Assembly (NCBI GenBank): GCA_030704615.1
Contig: CM060732.1
Coordinates: forward strand, 70,742,001-70,806,000
Origin: Takakia lepidozioides
Lineage: Eukaryota; Plantae; Bryophyta
DNA length: 64,000 nucleotides
Direction: 5' to 3'
Position 1 is the stretch's first letter, and every line of letters begins with the position of its first letter. The notes beneath the pieces were generated by a model. It was not told where the DNA came from and did not search any database. It saw only the letters and a list, made by a program, of their open reading frames with translations. Positions 50,280 through 63,600 of this stretch are shown here, in pieces. Made by a program: the position numbers and the translations under genes.

Positions 50280-52699
50280 TTCCAGACCTTCCATCTTAAT
50301 GCACTTAAGCAAGAGACAGACATACATATCTGAATCTGGTGAAATGCCTTGTGATGTGGTTAGGCTTAACCCCTTCCCCCATCATTTGCTCATAGGTCTC
50401 CAAAGCCTCCATCCCGTGCCCCTGTTGTGCATACCCTGCAAGCATCACGTTCCACGACACCACATCTCGTTCAGCCAGAGTGTTGAAAACTCCCCTCACA
50501 TCCTTAACGCACCCACATTTGGCAAACATGTCCACAAGGGCAGAGTTCAAGATGACATCTGGTACAATTCCAGCTTGCACCCAGGCTTTCACACGCATTG
50601 CAAACACAAACAAATGTGATGTGGTTGGGCTTCACTGCTTCACACATCATTTGCTCATATGTCTCCAAAACATTCCTACCACACCTATGCTTGGTAAATC
50701 CTTTCAACATAATATTCCACGTGATCAAAGATCATTGAGGCATTCTGTTGAACACTTGGTGAGCATCCCTGATGTTCCGGCACTTAACATACAGGTTGAC
50801 AAGGGTGTTGAGTATAAAAACATTTCGCGTGAATCCACTTTGGATAATGTGAGTGTGCACCTGCTTTCTAGCTTTGAGACCGTCCATCTTGATGCACTTA
50901 AGCAAGAGACAAACACATATTTGAATCTGCTGAAATGCCTCCTTGGTTTAGAGTCTGTAGAGCCTCTGTCAGGCTGTTGCTTAAAGTATCTTCACACGCC
51001 CAGAGGTGCCAGAAGAGGCATTGTGGACTCCCTCTCTTGATCCTCTTTCAGAAGCTGTGGTCATGGTTGAGGTGCCTGATTTTATCAACTGTGCCGCTGC
51101 AGCTACTGCCTTTAGTTGACAATCTACCCATGCAGGTTTCTTATAGCTACTGACCCCCACATGGAATCAAGGTAATCTGGAGCTTGAAGTCCAACCCTCT
51201 TGGATGAATCTGGACCCACACTCTATCCATGCTCATTCAGGAAAAAATAGGGAAAAACTCTGATAACAGGGAAAAACGGGCTGAAATGTGTTGAAGAAGG
51301 TACCTTCATTAGCAGCGCCTTATTCTATCAAATGCACCGCTGCCGCTGCTGTTTCCAGTTGACCATCTACCCACGCAGCTTTCTTGTAGCTATTGATCCG
51401 CAGGGAATCAGAAGTAATCTTGTGTTTAAAATCGACCTCTTGGATGAATCATGTTCCACGACACCACCTTGTTCAGTCATAGTGTTGAACACTCCCTCCG
51501 CATCCTCAATGCTCCCACAATGGCATACATGTCCACAAGGGTATTGTTAATAATCAGATCTGGTACAATTCCAGCTTTGGTGATGCAACCATGCACCTCT
51601 TTGCCCTTTTCCAGGGCTGCAGGCTTGCACACGCACTGCAAACGCACACAAACATGATGTGGTCGAGCTTCACCCCTTCCCCCATCATCTGCTTTCAGGT
51701 CTCCAAAGCCCCATCTCGCGCTCCTGCTCTGCACACCCTGCAAGCATCACGTTCCACGACACCACATCTCATTCAGCCATAGTGTTGAACACTCCCTTGG
51801 CATCCTCAATGCTCCCACATTTGGCATACATGGCCACCAGAGCAATGTTCAGGATGACAAATTTTGGTACAATTGCAGATTTGATGAAGTCACTAGGGAT
51901 CTCTTTGTTTTTTTCCAGGGCTGCCATACACACTGCAAACTTACACAAACGTTATGTCGGCGGCCTTCACCCCTTCCCCCATCATTTGCTCAAAGGTTGG
52001 AGCCTCCATCCCGCACCCCTGCTGTGCATACCCTGCAAGTATTGCACTCCACAACACCACATCTCGTTCAGCCATAGAGTTGAACACTGGTCCCTTATCC
52101 TCGATGCACCCACATTTGGCTACATGTCCACCAGGGCAGGGGCAGTGTTCAGAATGACATCTGGTAATCTGATAGGCATTCACCTTTTTGCCTCGGTTGT
52201 CCCACCATTGTCTGGGGTCAGAAAAATATTCATTCCACAACTTCTCCTCGTCTTTGTTACCTGTTTCTGGATACTTTCCGGTTGTCACATTGGCAGTATC
52301 ATGTCAAAGTCATTCCAAACTATCCTAGATTCACTCAACCAGCTAACTTGCATAATTCAACATGAAAATTTAGGGCCAATTCTGATAGGAGGGGAAAACA
52401 GGGTGAAATGTGTTACAGAAGGTGCCTTCATCAGCAGAGCCTGATTTTATCAATTGTGCCGCTACTGCAATCTGAAGACAATATTCATTTTCTGATACAC
52501 TGTCCGGGGTTCTCTCATTGATAACAGGTGTACGTTGAAGGTTGCAATGACCAAAAGTGCTTCTAATAGAGTCCCACATCAATTCAATCTCAAAGAAGTT
52601 CATCCCTTGACTGGCTGGAGAGCGGTCTTACACATTGGTGATTCAATGGGGCGCTCTAGGAAGACAACCAAGGGCAAGGACTTCAACTGTAGGTGACCA

Positions 52700-52861
52700 A
52701 GTGCAGTGGACTCGTGAGAAATCCCAAACCCTAAACGTTCCATTGTGGACTATATCATAATGGACAAAAATTTGTTCCCCCGGTGTGCCAATGTGTTGAT
52801 CGACAGAACTGATATTGGTACCTCTGACCACTTCCTGGTTTGGACTGAGATCAAAAGATGA
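52700..52861 (+). mobile_element. LINE AP-endonuclease fragment
   Basis: SIVDYIIMDKNLFPRCANVLIDRTDIGTSDHFLVWTEIK (DY...SDH C-terminal EN motifs). Confidence 0.7.
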
Positions 52862-55250
52862 CCTCTTGTGTGTGCATACTTGTCTGTAGCCAGGTAACGA
52901 CGGATTGGTCAGTGAGAACCACCACGGTGCAGTTGAGCACGGCCTGCTTAGAACAAGCTGACTCTCCCAAGAACCTTGTAAACATATGGAAGAATACCAA
53001 ATCAGGTACTAACAGGAGGCAAGAGCCCGCAATAGCAGGATGGAAAAAAATCTTCACATCGTACCTTAAGAAAACGCCACACCTTGCAATTGCAGTTGTC
53101 CCACCATTGTCAATCTTCTAAAAACTCATGTCAGGTCTGCACAGTGCTGCAAATTCAGGGCCGACTCTGTTGAGAGGGCAAGACAGGCTGAAATAGATCG
53201 AAGAAGAAGGTGCCCTCACCACATTGTCCTTGACCTTGTGTCATGACCCATGGAGGATTTGCCCTCCCATCAACCCAAAAGGATCACTTCCCTAAACTCT
53301 CCCCTAAACCTTGTAAACATCAGGAAGAATACCATGCCCTGTGGAGAGGAGGGGAGAGGAGAGGAGAGAAAAGAGAAAGCCCGTGGAAGGGAAGGCGAAC
53401 GCGGGAGAGGAGTGGAGAGGAGATGAGAGGAGGAGAGGGAAAAGAGAAAACGGCGGGAGGGAAGGGGAGAAAGATCGCGGAGAGAAAAAAAAAAAAAAAA
53501 AAAACAAACAAAGATTTGATCCCGCAGTGCATCGCGGCCAAAACGTCACTCTTACCACTACACTTCCCCTTAAAATACAACAACCCCCTCCTGTAAAATT
53601 ATATTTAAGGTGTTTTAAACCCCCCTCTGTATGTATAATGTTGTACATGGGGGGGTTTAAAATACCCCCTCCTGTGCACGCACGTGGCTGGTACATTTAA
53701 TGAGGAGTGCACCCCCCAGGGTCCGCTCCCACATGTTGCAGAATCCATCTTCTTATCCAGACTCTAATGTGAGGCATACCAGGAAAGTAAACCAAAATTC
53801 CCGATTTGGTCAGCTTTTGAGCTTGCGCTTGCATTTTGGCTTTGTCAAGTTTGATAACCTGCTGATCTGTCTCCGCCTGGACCACCGTGTCTTCCCAGCA
53901 AGCTTTTGTAGGCATGGGTGATGGAGGTGGGTCGTTGTACGCAGGTCCCTTGCCAAGGATGGAGGCGCCAGAGGTCTGAACGGTGGAATTCTTCTTTGTC
54001 CAGATCTGGGATTTGCTTCTGCCCGCTGAAGACGCACCTCCGCGCTTCCCCTGCTTCGAGCTACATCCCCTGGAGTCCATGAGCACTACTACATGGAGGC
54101 GAGGATTAGTGAGTGTCAACTTTAGCAGCGAGATTGGAGTAGAAGGGTAGAGAAGAAGAGGAGAGAATGTCAATTAGAGATGTAGCACTAGCTGGAGGAG
54201 CGCTTAAGAAGTTTTTTCAGTGAGAGGAGAAGCTGCAGACATTCCAAGCAGGCAATGTAAAATAGCAGCAAGAGGGGGCAGATAGTAGAGGAAGTGGGTG
54301 CTTGACGCTTGATGCAATTTGAGTATGACAGAACGCTGTAAATGACAATAGCATCACGGGAGACATAGAATGTAAATGGTTTTGATGACTTCCATGGCAA
54401 ACGAATGCGCAAAGGCGGCTACGCATCTTCGCAATATTGTCCCTCTTCTTTTCTGCTAGTGTTAATAAAGAGAAATTGCATTGCCGCAGCCTTGGGAATC
54501 AAAGTGAGCCAGCATAGAGTGTGAAGCGCCAAGATGCTAGAAGGATGTTGGCAGAGGGGGGAAATGCGCCGTAGTATGCATGTCGGCTCATTAACGATTC
54601 TTAAGGGGCGGGAGAATGGAGCGAGATGATGGGTTAGAGAACTCAGGGTCACTGGGGGAACATTCCTTGAAGAAGCGGGGGTGCTTTCAACAGAAGTAGA
54701 ATGAAAGAGATGGAGAATGATGCTGGGAAAAGATGAATGTTGTCACCCATCTGGAGTGGCAGGGTTAGAAAAAGTGGCAAGCAGCTGACCCATTTCTCAG
54801 GTCGAATTCTGGCTATTTTTTGCTAGGAAAAAAACTTCTCAGCCACTCTCACCCCCTCTTCATAAATTTAAAAAAAAAAAACACTAAGGAGGATACCTGT
54901 TAGCACTGTGGATGAAAAATGTTGGGACAATCTTCATGTCTCAAGCTGGAATGGGGTCATCCACTTCTAAGAATATTCGTTGTAGAGAAGAGCAATTAAG
55001 AGCCATAATCTTAGTTAACTTAGCAAGCAGTATATATAGGTTGTGGATGGTCATCCAAGATACCGTACTTGGCAGGCTGATCCGGCAGTGAAGTGCAACT
55101 TCTTCTTTACAACAAAACACGTCGACACAACTTAAAGAAATTTCTAGATTTTACGGCAATGCCAAGAGGAGATTTTAAGTAATTCGGCGGTGACTCCCTG
55201 CATGAACTTGCTCTATCTACTGTACCAGATGTGGTAAGAGAATTATGTAC

Positions 55251-55378
55251 CAACAGTCAGTAGCTTAGCTGGTTAAGTGCACTGAGTGCCACCCAGATGA
55301 CTCTGGGGTCAAATCTTGCTACTGACGGGTGTGGTATGGTTCCTGGGCGGTGTCCCACTCATTCGCCTCCATGGCGCA
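55251..55378 (+). mobile_element. SINE family A head and body
   Basis: tagcttagctggttaagtgcactgagtgccacccagatgactctggggtcaaatc (A box, GCC loop, B box). Confidence 0.75.
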
Positions 55379-55459
55379 TAAATTGGATGATTGACCATAT
55401 GCTCTCATGGCTCCCCACATAATTTGTCTTTTGTTTGGTTGTTTTGTTTTTGAAAAAAA

Positions 55460-55528
55460 GGAAACACCTGGTAGCGACAGCTCACAAATCAGGCCCCTTA
55501 GTGGTGTGAGGAGAAAATAACCTCTTTC
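55460..55528 (-). mobile_element. SINE family A tail fragment
   Basis: ggaaacacctggtagcgacagctcacaaatcaggcccctt...gagaaaataacctct, as at 7242-7306. Confidence 0.7.
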
Positions 55529-57684
55529 AATTTCTCAGAGCTAAGGAAAATATTTTCCTAGAGTTTTATGCCTTGAACCATGCATTTGGAGATTTGATAT
55601 TTGGAGTTTGTTTGAGATTTTAGGCATTTTCTATAAAGTTTCTGGAATTTCGGCAGTTTTTCCTAAATTTTCACTTAATTATTAGGCAGATTCATTTCTA
55701 CTTATTTAGTGCCGGATCAGCCTTCCCACTAAGGTATGATATAATTAGATTATTTTGAGGATTCATTATATTTGTCAAATTGGTGTCAATTCTCCAGCTG
55801 AGGAAGGAGTGTTGCAGTGGAACAATAGGTGAAGAATAATGGCTTATCATACATCATGCAAGATATGTCAGTCTAGTTACACCTCGGAGTAGAAAGTAAA
55901 AGTAAAATTTATTTAACGTCCAATGAATTTAGAGAGCCTTGGTGTAGAGAAAATGTAACACATATAGATATACAATACGAATCTTTCAACAATCACACTT
56001 GCAGAAGGCACTTACAGAGGGCACACTTACCCAAGGCTTGAAAACCGGAATCTAACCCTTGAAGAGTTTGAATGATCACCATGTTAAGTAAAATTAAAGA
56101 GCTGACAAGTTTAACTGATACTTGTCATGGCGACATGATCTTTGACCAAGTTGTCTTGGTATACATTGATACATATATGTATTTGAAGAAAAATAACACT
56201 TATTAATGGTCATTTAAGGAAAGAGGGAGGAAAAAGAACATCATGACACTTAACACTTGTTTAGTAAAAATCGTAGGGAGTAAGAAAAAGATAATAGATC
56301 AAGAGAGTTAACAGATATGGAGGGAACATGTATGGGCGTAAACTCTATGACTAAGGGTAAGTGCTAGACCAAAGGCCAAGAGAGAATTTTCTATGTATAT
56401 TATCACCCAACCATCATATGTAGTCCCATAAAGTCACATAGTGAGTGCAATAATTAACTTTTTTTGTTCAATGGAAAATAACCATGAAAGTTGGAGTTGA
56501 TTCAGTTAGCATACTAGTAACATGGTGCCATCACTTTGCACATTCCCACAGATGCCTCCTCTGCAGGTCTGCTGCGCCAGGGGGATGTAAAGCTTGTAAA
56601 GCTTGACTATGGATGGAATCACCCTATGAGGAATGAGAGTCTGCAGTCTGCACTGAACACTTGTCATGCTCATACATCCATTGTTTTTGTCTACTGCTCA
56701 TCTTTGAACTCTGGAGGAATCACATGCGGGCCCTGCGACCCACAACTGAAGATTTTCTGACCCGTTTCCAACAAACAGATAAGTGTACCAACAGATTCGA
56801 TGTAATAATCCAACTCACCTTTATCAGGCTTGCCTACAGAGGGCCCCTCTTGAGAACACCTGGGAATGTCTGATCTCTGAACATCTGTGTTCCACAAAAT
56901 GATTGAAAAAGATGGGTATCTGATCATTTCCGTTTCTCAGAGACAAATGAGTAAACACAATTCAACTTAGGGCAAGTGATATGATCACCTTAATTTTAAT
57001 CCCTTGCGCAGTAAACTGTGATTGTTAGACTCTAATGTTCTGGCTCTTGATGCCCATTTTGGACACACTCAGTTCTGTCCTCAGTTGTGTCCTCTCTGCA
57101 CAAGAGCAGGTAGATGGGACCCACCTCCTCCCTTGTAAGGAAGCCAAAAGCAGCATCTCGTGAAGATGTTCGCATGCGAGTTGTCTAGACCCACGGGCCA
57201 CAACTTCTCCCATTTTGTTGGAAAGTAGCCTGTGGATGGATCCCTGAAAAAGCAAAGCCTGGAAGCCAGTACAGCTTGTCTTTTGTGCTTTTTCCAACGC
57301 CTCTTTTGTTGCTTCATTCAATGTGTTTCCTCTGGCCTCTTGTATGTTGTATGCCCTCAGACTCCCTTAGGTTATCGTTTGCTAATTTGTTCAAAGGAGC
57401 CACTGCCCCCTTCAGTTCAACATATATATGTATATATATTCCCTCACCAGTCTGGGTAGAGACATGCAAATAACCACTCATTATGCCAAACAGGTGTATG
57501 TATGCAAATAATATAGGGGTGTGTTTCAATCGCAATTGCATTGCAGTTCGTCTTAACAGCTACATTTCAATGCAAGTGAGTTGCACCAAACCTCAATTGG
57601 AGATCTCAGTCCCACTTGTTACTTCATCGTTGGGTATCCGGGTGTGTCCCAAAATTGAGTTGGCAGGGCAGTATTGTCCCTTGC

Positions 57685-60600
57685 CTAGAAATATTGTGAC
57701 AAGGTTTCACCACTTAAATCTTCCAAAGTCTTGACTATCTCCTGGGTCTTGGCAACAACATTCAGATCGTCGACCTCTAAAAGCTCAGCCAGGAATGGTA
57801 TTGTCTCTGGCAACAACACCAGGTACTCCTCCTTCAATTGCTCTGCCAAAAACTTCACTACTCGCAATGCCAACAGCCGTGCCCGCACACTGTCACTCCT
57901 TGTGCACATCAAAACCTGCTCATCATCCCCCAACCACAATGATGAATTAGTCAGTCCTTCCATTTATAAGCCGGTCCAAGAATCAGTTCCACAGGTAGAG
58001 AGTAACAAGTCCACATAGACAATAACAGGTAACCCAAACAGTTCGTACACACGTCCAAGTTAAAACCTAAACTAGCACAACAGAGAGAGTGCAGTTTTGA
58101 AGTGTCTCAGACTTCATCATGTGCGGCAGTGAAAAGCTACCACTCCTGCCGACATCATCAGCTCCCGACAGTGGGTGTAGATCACATAAAATTACTATGC
58201 TCATACTGTACCAGTCCAAGTGTAAATGTTTGCGCGTGTGATCTACTTTTTTTGACTTTTTCTTCCAGCGAGCTTATGCCCTGGAACTGGTCCTACTTCA
58301 TCTGAACCTTCGATGGAGAATCTACTCAAGTCTGAGCTCCACATGCAGAAGCCGAACTCCTGAAGGGGGACTTGAGAACAAAGCCCACAGATGTTCAGAA
58401 ATCACAAGGACACGACAGTAGACACAAAAGTGTCCTAGTCCTGTGCTGATTACTCGTATAGGCTATTCATATCTGGATCTGCCCAAGCGTCAGGCAGGGT
58501 TCACAAACCACAGATGTTACAGTCAGCAGGGGATATTTAGCACGCTTGCACATACCTCATGATTCAAAGGCTTCCATAGGAGGTCATTTCCAGCTGTCAG
58601 GGCCATTTGGCCCAAGCACGAAACAAGGGCATCATCCATTTCCTTCAAAGTGACACTCTCTTCACTGCTCCTGGAGATATCATCACGTTCAACTACACTG
58701 CTAACTCCAGTCGGTGGCTCCACCAGCAGCTGTGAAACCAAGGGCCCCAACAACAGCTGCACAGCACAAGCTTGGTATAAAAATAATGGCTGTACAAGCC
58801 CTCTGCTCCAAGGGAACTTCCTCTGAACTTCCGCAAATGTGGCTAGAGCAAGCATTAAAACGTGACAAACCTAATCTTCCCCTTACTACGGAGCAGATGA
58901 ATCAGAAGTCCGCGAAAAAAGCAGCAATGGGGAAACATAAACAAGACGAAACCTCTGAAGGGGAGAATTTCAAGCTACCTGGAACTTTGGAGCATCAAGG
59001 AAGCCTACAGTGTCATAAAGGAAGCACTTGTGCAACGACAGCAGCACAAGCTGTCGCAGATGCCACTCTGCTGAGCTCAGAGGTGCCGTTGCTAGATCCT
59101 CAGTCATCCGCTGTTTCTTCTTTTTCTTGGGTTTTGGCAACGCAGTTGCCCCGATATTTTCACTGCCGGTAAGGTTTTGGACACATCCATCCAGCAAGTA
59201 ACCAAAATATGGTACAAACAATACACTGCATCAAACAAAACCATAATAAGCACTTTATCATGAGGTATACTGTTAACTTGTTTATGACCCACATCAAATG
59301 GGACTAAGTGTACAACTGCCGTTATACTGAGGACTTCATCTCAGCTTACTAGTTCATACGAGATAATTAGTTAAGCTTCACTACTTCCTGCACAGAGAGA
59401 TGGAGGGAGGGTGTACTCATAAGAGATTGTTTGATGGAGCCGACCCTGCGCCCAACTTGGGCAGAAGAGACAGAGAGAAGTGAAATGAAATGGTGCTTTA
59501 TAACGTCCACGGAAAGATCCGAGAGAGAGAGAGAGAGAGAGAGAGTACTCGTAAGACTTTGAGGCAGAGAGAGACAGACACACAGACACAGAGCACGTCC
59601 AAAGGAGGCAAAACATCATAATAAAACCACCACATCAAATACACCAAATGTCGCCCAAAGACAAAAGTGCCTACTCTGAAGTCAAAATTGGGTAAGATTA
59701 ATCACTGCACACCATGTACAAAATTGGCAACTCAAATCAACTAGCAGAGACAGTTGGATATTTAGATACCGGAGGTTTTCAGTGAGCTGATCCACAAGCT
59801 TGTACAACGAAATATTCCGATCAACAGTGTAACTCGACGAGCCAACGTCCCCATTTACAATGTTGGATTGTGCCCACTCAAGTAACTTCATAAACATGGG
59901 TTTGAATGAGCTCTCACTCAGCTTCATGACTAATGCCACAAGAGCTCTTACAACCGATGTCTCCACCTGTGCAACACACACCAAGGACTTGGGGGAATTC
60001 CTGCGCAGGTCCAGAGCTGCCAAGCAGAAGTTGAAGATTTTACTGTGGTACGAGAGTACAGAAGACCGGTCCAACTTTGCCGCCAAGGCTGCCAGCATTT
60101 CAAACAGCGCACGGGTGGGTTCTTCCCCTGTGTCTAGTGCCCTGTTGTAAGTATTCAGCAGAGGATCGAGCAAAAGTCGAGACTGCCACTCAACAAGCAA
60201 CAGCTCAGCAGAAAAATCTTAGAAAACATAAAAGTAACCTTTAAACCACACGAACAAGAAAGTTATTCTTCGTAATAAGGTTGGAAAAAGAAAAAAACGA
60301 AATATAACTCATGTGCTGGCCCCTTTACAGGACACAACAAAAGACTCACTGCCTTGAGACAATCACTTAGAAAAGGGTGCATACCGGAATCTTTTCTGGA
60401 ATTAATGAGCGCACTGCTGCAGCCCTAGAGTTAACATCACCTTCAGAAGCTGCAATAATAGAAGGATGAAGTAACACCAAAGAAATTATATCTCCCAAGT
60501 ATGGGCTCAAAAATGCACCAAGATTGTCCACGATGACTTCCATAGCTTTGAGTATAGCACTCATAAGTTGTGATCTGTCCTCCAGGCTCTTCTGTGCTTC

Positions 60601-63600
60601 TGTACTGATGATCTCTCCTCCATTTGTTTGCGAGCTTGGCAAAGTATGTTCAGCACTTACAAGCAATTGCGAGATAACATTAGGCAGGGAGGACAAAGCT
60701 TTGGGACCCAGCCTACTCAAAAGCGTTGTCACACATCGCACAGCAGCTGCAGACAGAGCCTTTCTCTTAGAGTCAAAAATGGCTATAAGAGAAGGTAAGC
60801 AAGAAACCAAAATTCCTGAGGAGGTGGTCCTTTCCAATCTTTTAGCACAAACTTCCAAGGCCTCCACTGCTGCATGTTTGGTGCTCAAGGATGCCATTTC
60901 AGCAGGGCCAGTCAGAAGTCTTGTGATCTCTGTCACCATCTTTTGTTGGAGATAATCATTTTGGTTGCCATCCGTCAAGGGCTCAGTCTTCTTCCTTCTC
61001 CCGGAGTGTTCACCAGCTTCATTCTGATTTTTCATCCGAGTGGTGTAGAGGCGTAGCACCTAGACATCCATTGTTGCCCCTTGATCATTGACAAGTCCAA
61101 AGTGCAGGGAAAATAAAACTATGTCTACACTCTGCTATCATGTCATCCTTGCAAAGCACAAACATCAGTTTCTCCTTTGAAGAAAAACTTCGGTACCACA
61201 GAGAGTTGTTACCTTGCGCCGTATGTTAGTGTCCGGATGCTGCAGCAGGGTGACAATGCCACTTAGATACGCAGCAGGTGCCATGACGATAAGCAGTCCA
61301 TCAAGAAGTGCATAGGATGCCACTTGACCTTCTTTCTTGTTCGATTGCAAATGCAGCAGAACCTGCTCCAGGAGTGCTACAAATGCTTCCTGTCATTTAC
61401 AACTATGGGAAACGTGTCAGCCATCTCCTCTTCCATACTACCACTCCAGAAAACAAGCACGGGCAGCCCACCAGTTCCTGCTGCAGGAGTGTTACATATG
61501 CTTTTATGTCATTTACAATCCTGCTGCCACTTCTCTACCCTCTCCTACTCCACACTACACTACAGAATTTGCACTGGTTTTCTAATTACTAGAATCAGTG
61601 GCCCCAGACCCAGAACCTCTATATGTCAACAGCAAACAGAGTTTTTTGAAACATCAGACCATATTCCCTGTGGCATAAACAATACCCGCATAGGCAACTA
61701 ACAGCATGAAGACAGCTTCAGCTACTGATGGGTGTGAAGAAGCATCAATGTCAGTATGTTCTCACATGGACAAATCTCATCTCACTCCAAAGACTTTCTG
61801 CCTAAAGACAAAAACAAAACCTTATCAAGGCTTCTCATCCCACCAAAACACCAGACACAGAAGCACAAATTGTTATACAGAAAATCCACCAACATGACCA
61901 TATTCTGTTGGACTTCTATGATCATCCTCAAAAACACTACCTGGAGCACATGTTGCATGCCATCATCAGAAAGAGTGTGCAGCTGAGCCGCCACAAACTG
62001 CATCACCAGTGATAACATGCATGCATCTGCACTGCGCAGCAGTTCAACTAGTGCAGGCAGCCAGACATGTGCTGCATATTGCCGGCAGAGCTGCTCTGCA
62101 AATTGGAGCTCCCACCGTCTAGAACTGGAGCGTTGATTTGCTTTCTCAGTGTTTTCCCGTTCAAGCAGTCCCTCACTCTCAGACTCCCTGACAACTCCAC
62201 GCAGAAGTAACAAAAGGAAGATAGGCAAACCGACAGCCTCCTGTGTCGCTCTGAGGACATGACATTTTTCTTCATATAAGCCAAGAGAGAAACATCCAGT
62301 ACGGACATTCAGATGGAAGTAAGAAAAGATTTATTGGTTCGAAGAAACACAACATGATTGCCCTCAAGTGAAACAACCCCTCGACCGAATCAAAGAACAA
62401 ACAAAGGGAATTGACAAAACATCACCTAAGTAAAGTTGTAACAAGAGCCATCCTCCGGTGAGCAGGGATTTGTGGTAGCGCTGTGACAAAAACCTGAAAG
62501 AAAGTGCAACATATCAATACTAGCAACAATGACTTCTCTCCCATGACAAAGAGTCCATGCACAGAAATAGATACAGAATTGAGTGTACAGTAGGTAACAC
62601 TTGCCTGTAGCAGTGCTGCAGGGTCCTGTCCACCTGTCAACCAGCAAGGAACCACTGCGACCAATATCTGCTGGGCCACTTCGTGCGAATGGCTGTCCTT
62701 CTGTTCATTGTTCCACTTAAGTCAGTTGCTAACATCACTGTCATGTCTCCCACAAAACCATCACCCGTGCACAGATTGGCTGACATGCATGGACTGCTGA
62801 TATTCCTTTAAACCCACCACGACAAGCAACACAAATTACCATTTTCATTTCTAAAGCTGGAACTGTGCAGGACACATTGACACGGTCTGAACTGAGGCCA
62901 TCTTTCCCTTGCAGTTTGTTGATGGCTTATAGACGAATCTATCCTCCTGGAAGTAGGTATCCGAAGACTAACCTTGGGCGGCTCATGAGTACTGAAAAGA
63001 GAGAAAGCAGGGTTTGGGAATGAAGGTAGGTGAGTTGAATAGGTATCCTCCCAGATCCATATTAAAAGGCTCATTCTGAAAGAGAAAAGTCACACCTGTA
63101 TAACAGTTGACATCCCAATAACAGAGAGAATGTCCAGAATGTGCTTTAGCACCCGGTCAGGATACGCTTTGGCAAAAGCTGTGAGCAAGATCAGGGCTTG
63201 ATTGCGAGTAGCTGAATCTGACACTTCAGACACACAGCGCACCACTGCGTCCACGTTGAAGGTTAAAGCTGTCACACCACCCTTGAACCATCCCCACCAC
63301 AATATGGCCTTCAGTTTCAAAAAAAGCTCCCCTCTCTTGTGTTAAGATAATTCTTAGGACAGTCATCCTCATTCCCCAATAAAATCAACCGGGCTACTTG
63401 GAGGAGAAAGAGGTTCCTTTGACTACCTTCAAGAGAAAAATTAACACCTATTTCAATCCCTTAATTTTCTCTCAAAACTAGAAATAGGAGAAGGGAACCC
63501 TGCCTTACCACTATATTCTGCCCCACATTTGAAGAAAGCGAAGTGACGACTCTCTCAAGATTCATGAGTATTAATTGTTGTACATATTCCACACTCATAT

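Larger units (their letters stand above)
48778..53240 (-). pseudogene. PLS-class PPR-DYW RNA-editing-factor pseudogene(s) with PDF (OSB-type) motifs, scrambled
   Basis: DYW C-half [13 protein letters not shown]...[10 protein letters not shown]...[18 protein letters not shown]; many P/L/S motifs (LVDMYAKCG, DVVSWSAMLAGYAQQG, GVKPDHITFV); LWNEYFSDPRQWWDNRGKK at ~52180-52240 and DFKHKIT...AWVDGQL at ~51350-51435. E domains and PG box absent; many frameshifts. Confidence 0.9.
48096..53720. mobile_element. Pack-type TIR DNA transposon (8-bp TSD) carrying PPR-DYW gene fragments
   Basis: TIR cctggggggtgcactc is 16/16 identical at both ends (26/30 over 30 bp). TSD gtccactc (48088-48095) / gtccgctc (53721-53728). 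Subterminal aaccccct(c)ctgta repeats at both ends; no transposase inside. Confidence 0.85.
42874..54170 (-). mobile_element. Rearranged L1-type LINE: ORF1 split by a 5.6-kb insertion, APE endonuclease, RT core deleted, internal inversion, poly-A tail
   Basis: ORF1 54080-53721 joined to 48087-47560 (DKGFYAILF; CFLCNAEGHVKADCP knuckle after a frameshift). EN motifs SWNVRGL, FLQEHK, GGDFN, RLDRFY at 46159-45400. KSPGLDGLP near 44700; zf-RVT piece inverted at ~43800-44250; T tract at 42874-42892. Confidence 0.85.

Noticed and set aside
1-53720. Treating the DNMT, XS-RING and PPR-DYW loci as one linked epigenetic system
   Set aside because: They sit in separate elements with independent boundaries, tens of kb apart and interspersed with housekeeping genes; there is no evidence of functional linkage.
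56500-57480. Small ORFs downstream of UTP10
   Set aside because: No recognisable domain or consistent exon chain; may be 3' UTR or intergenic.
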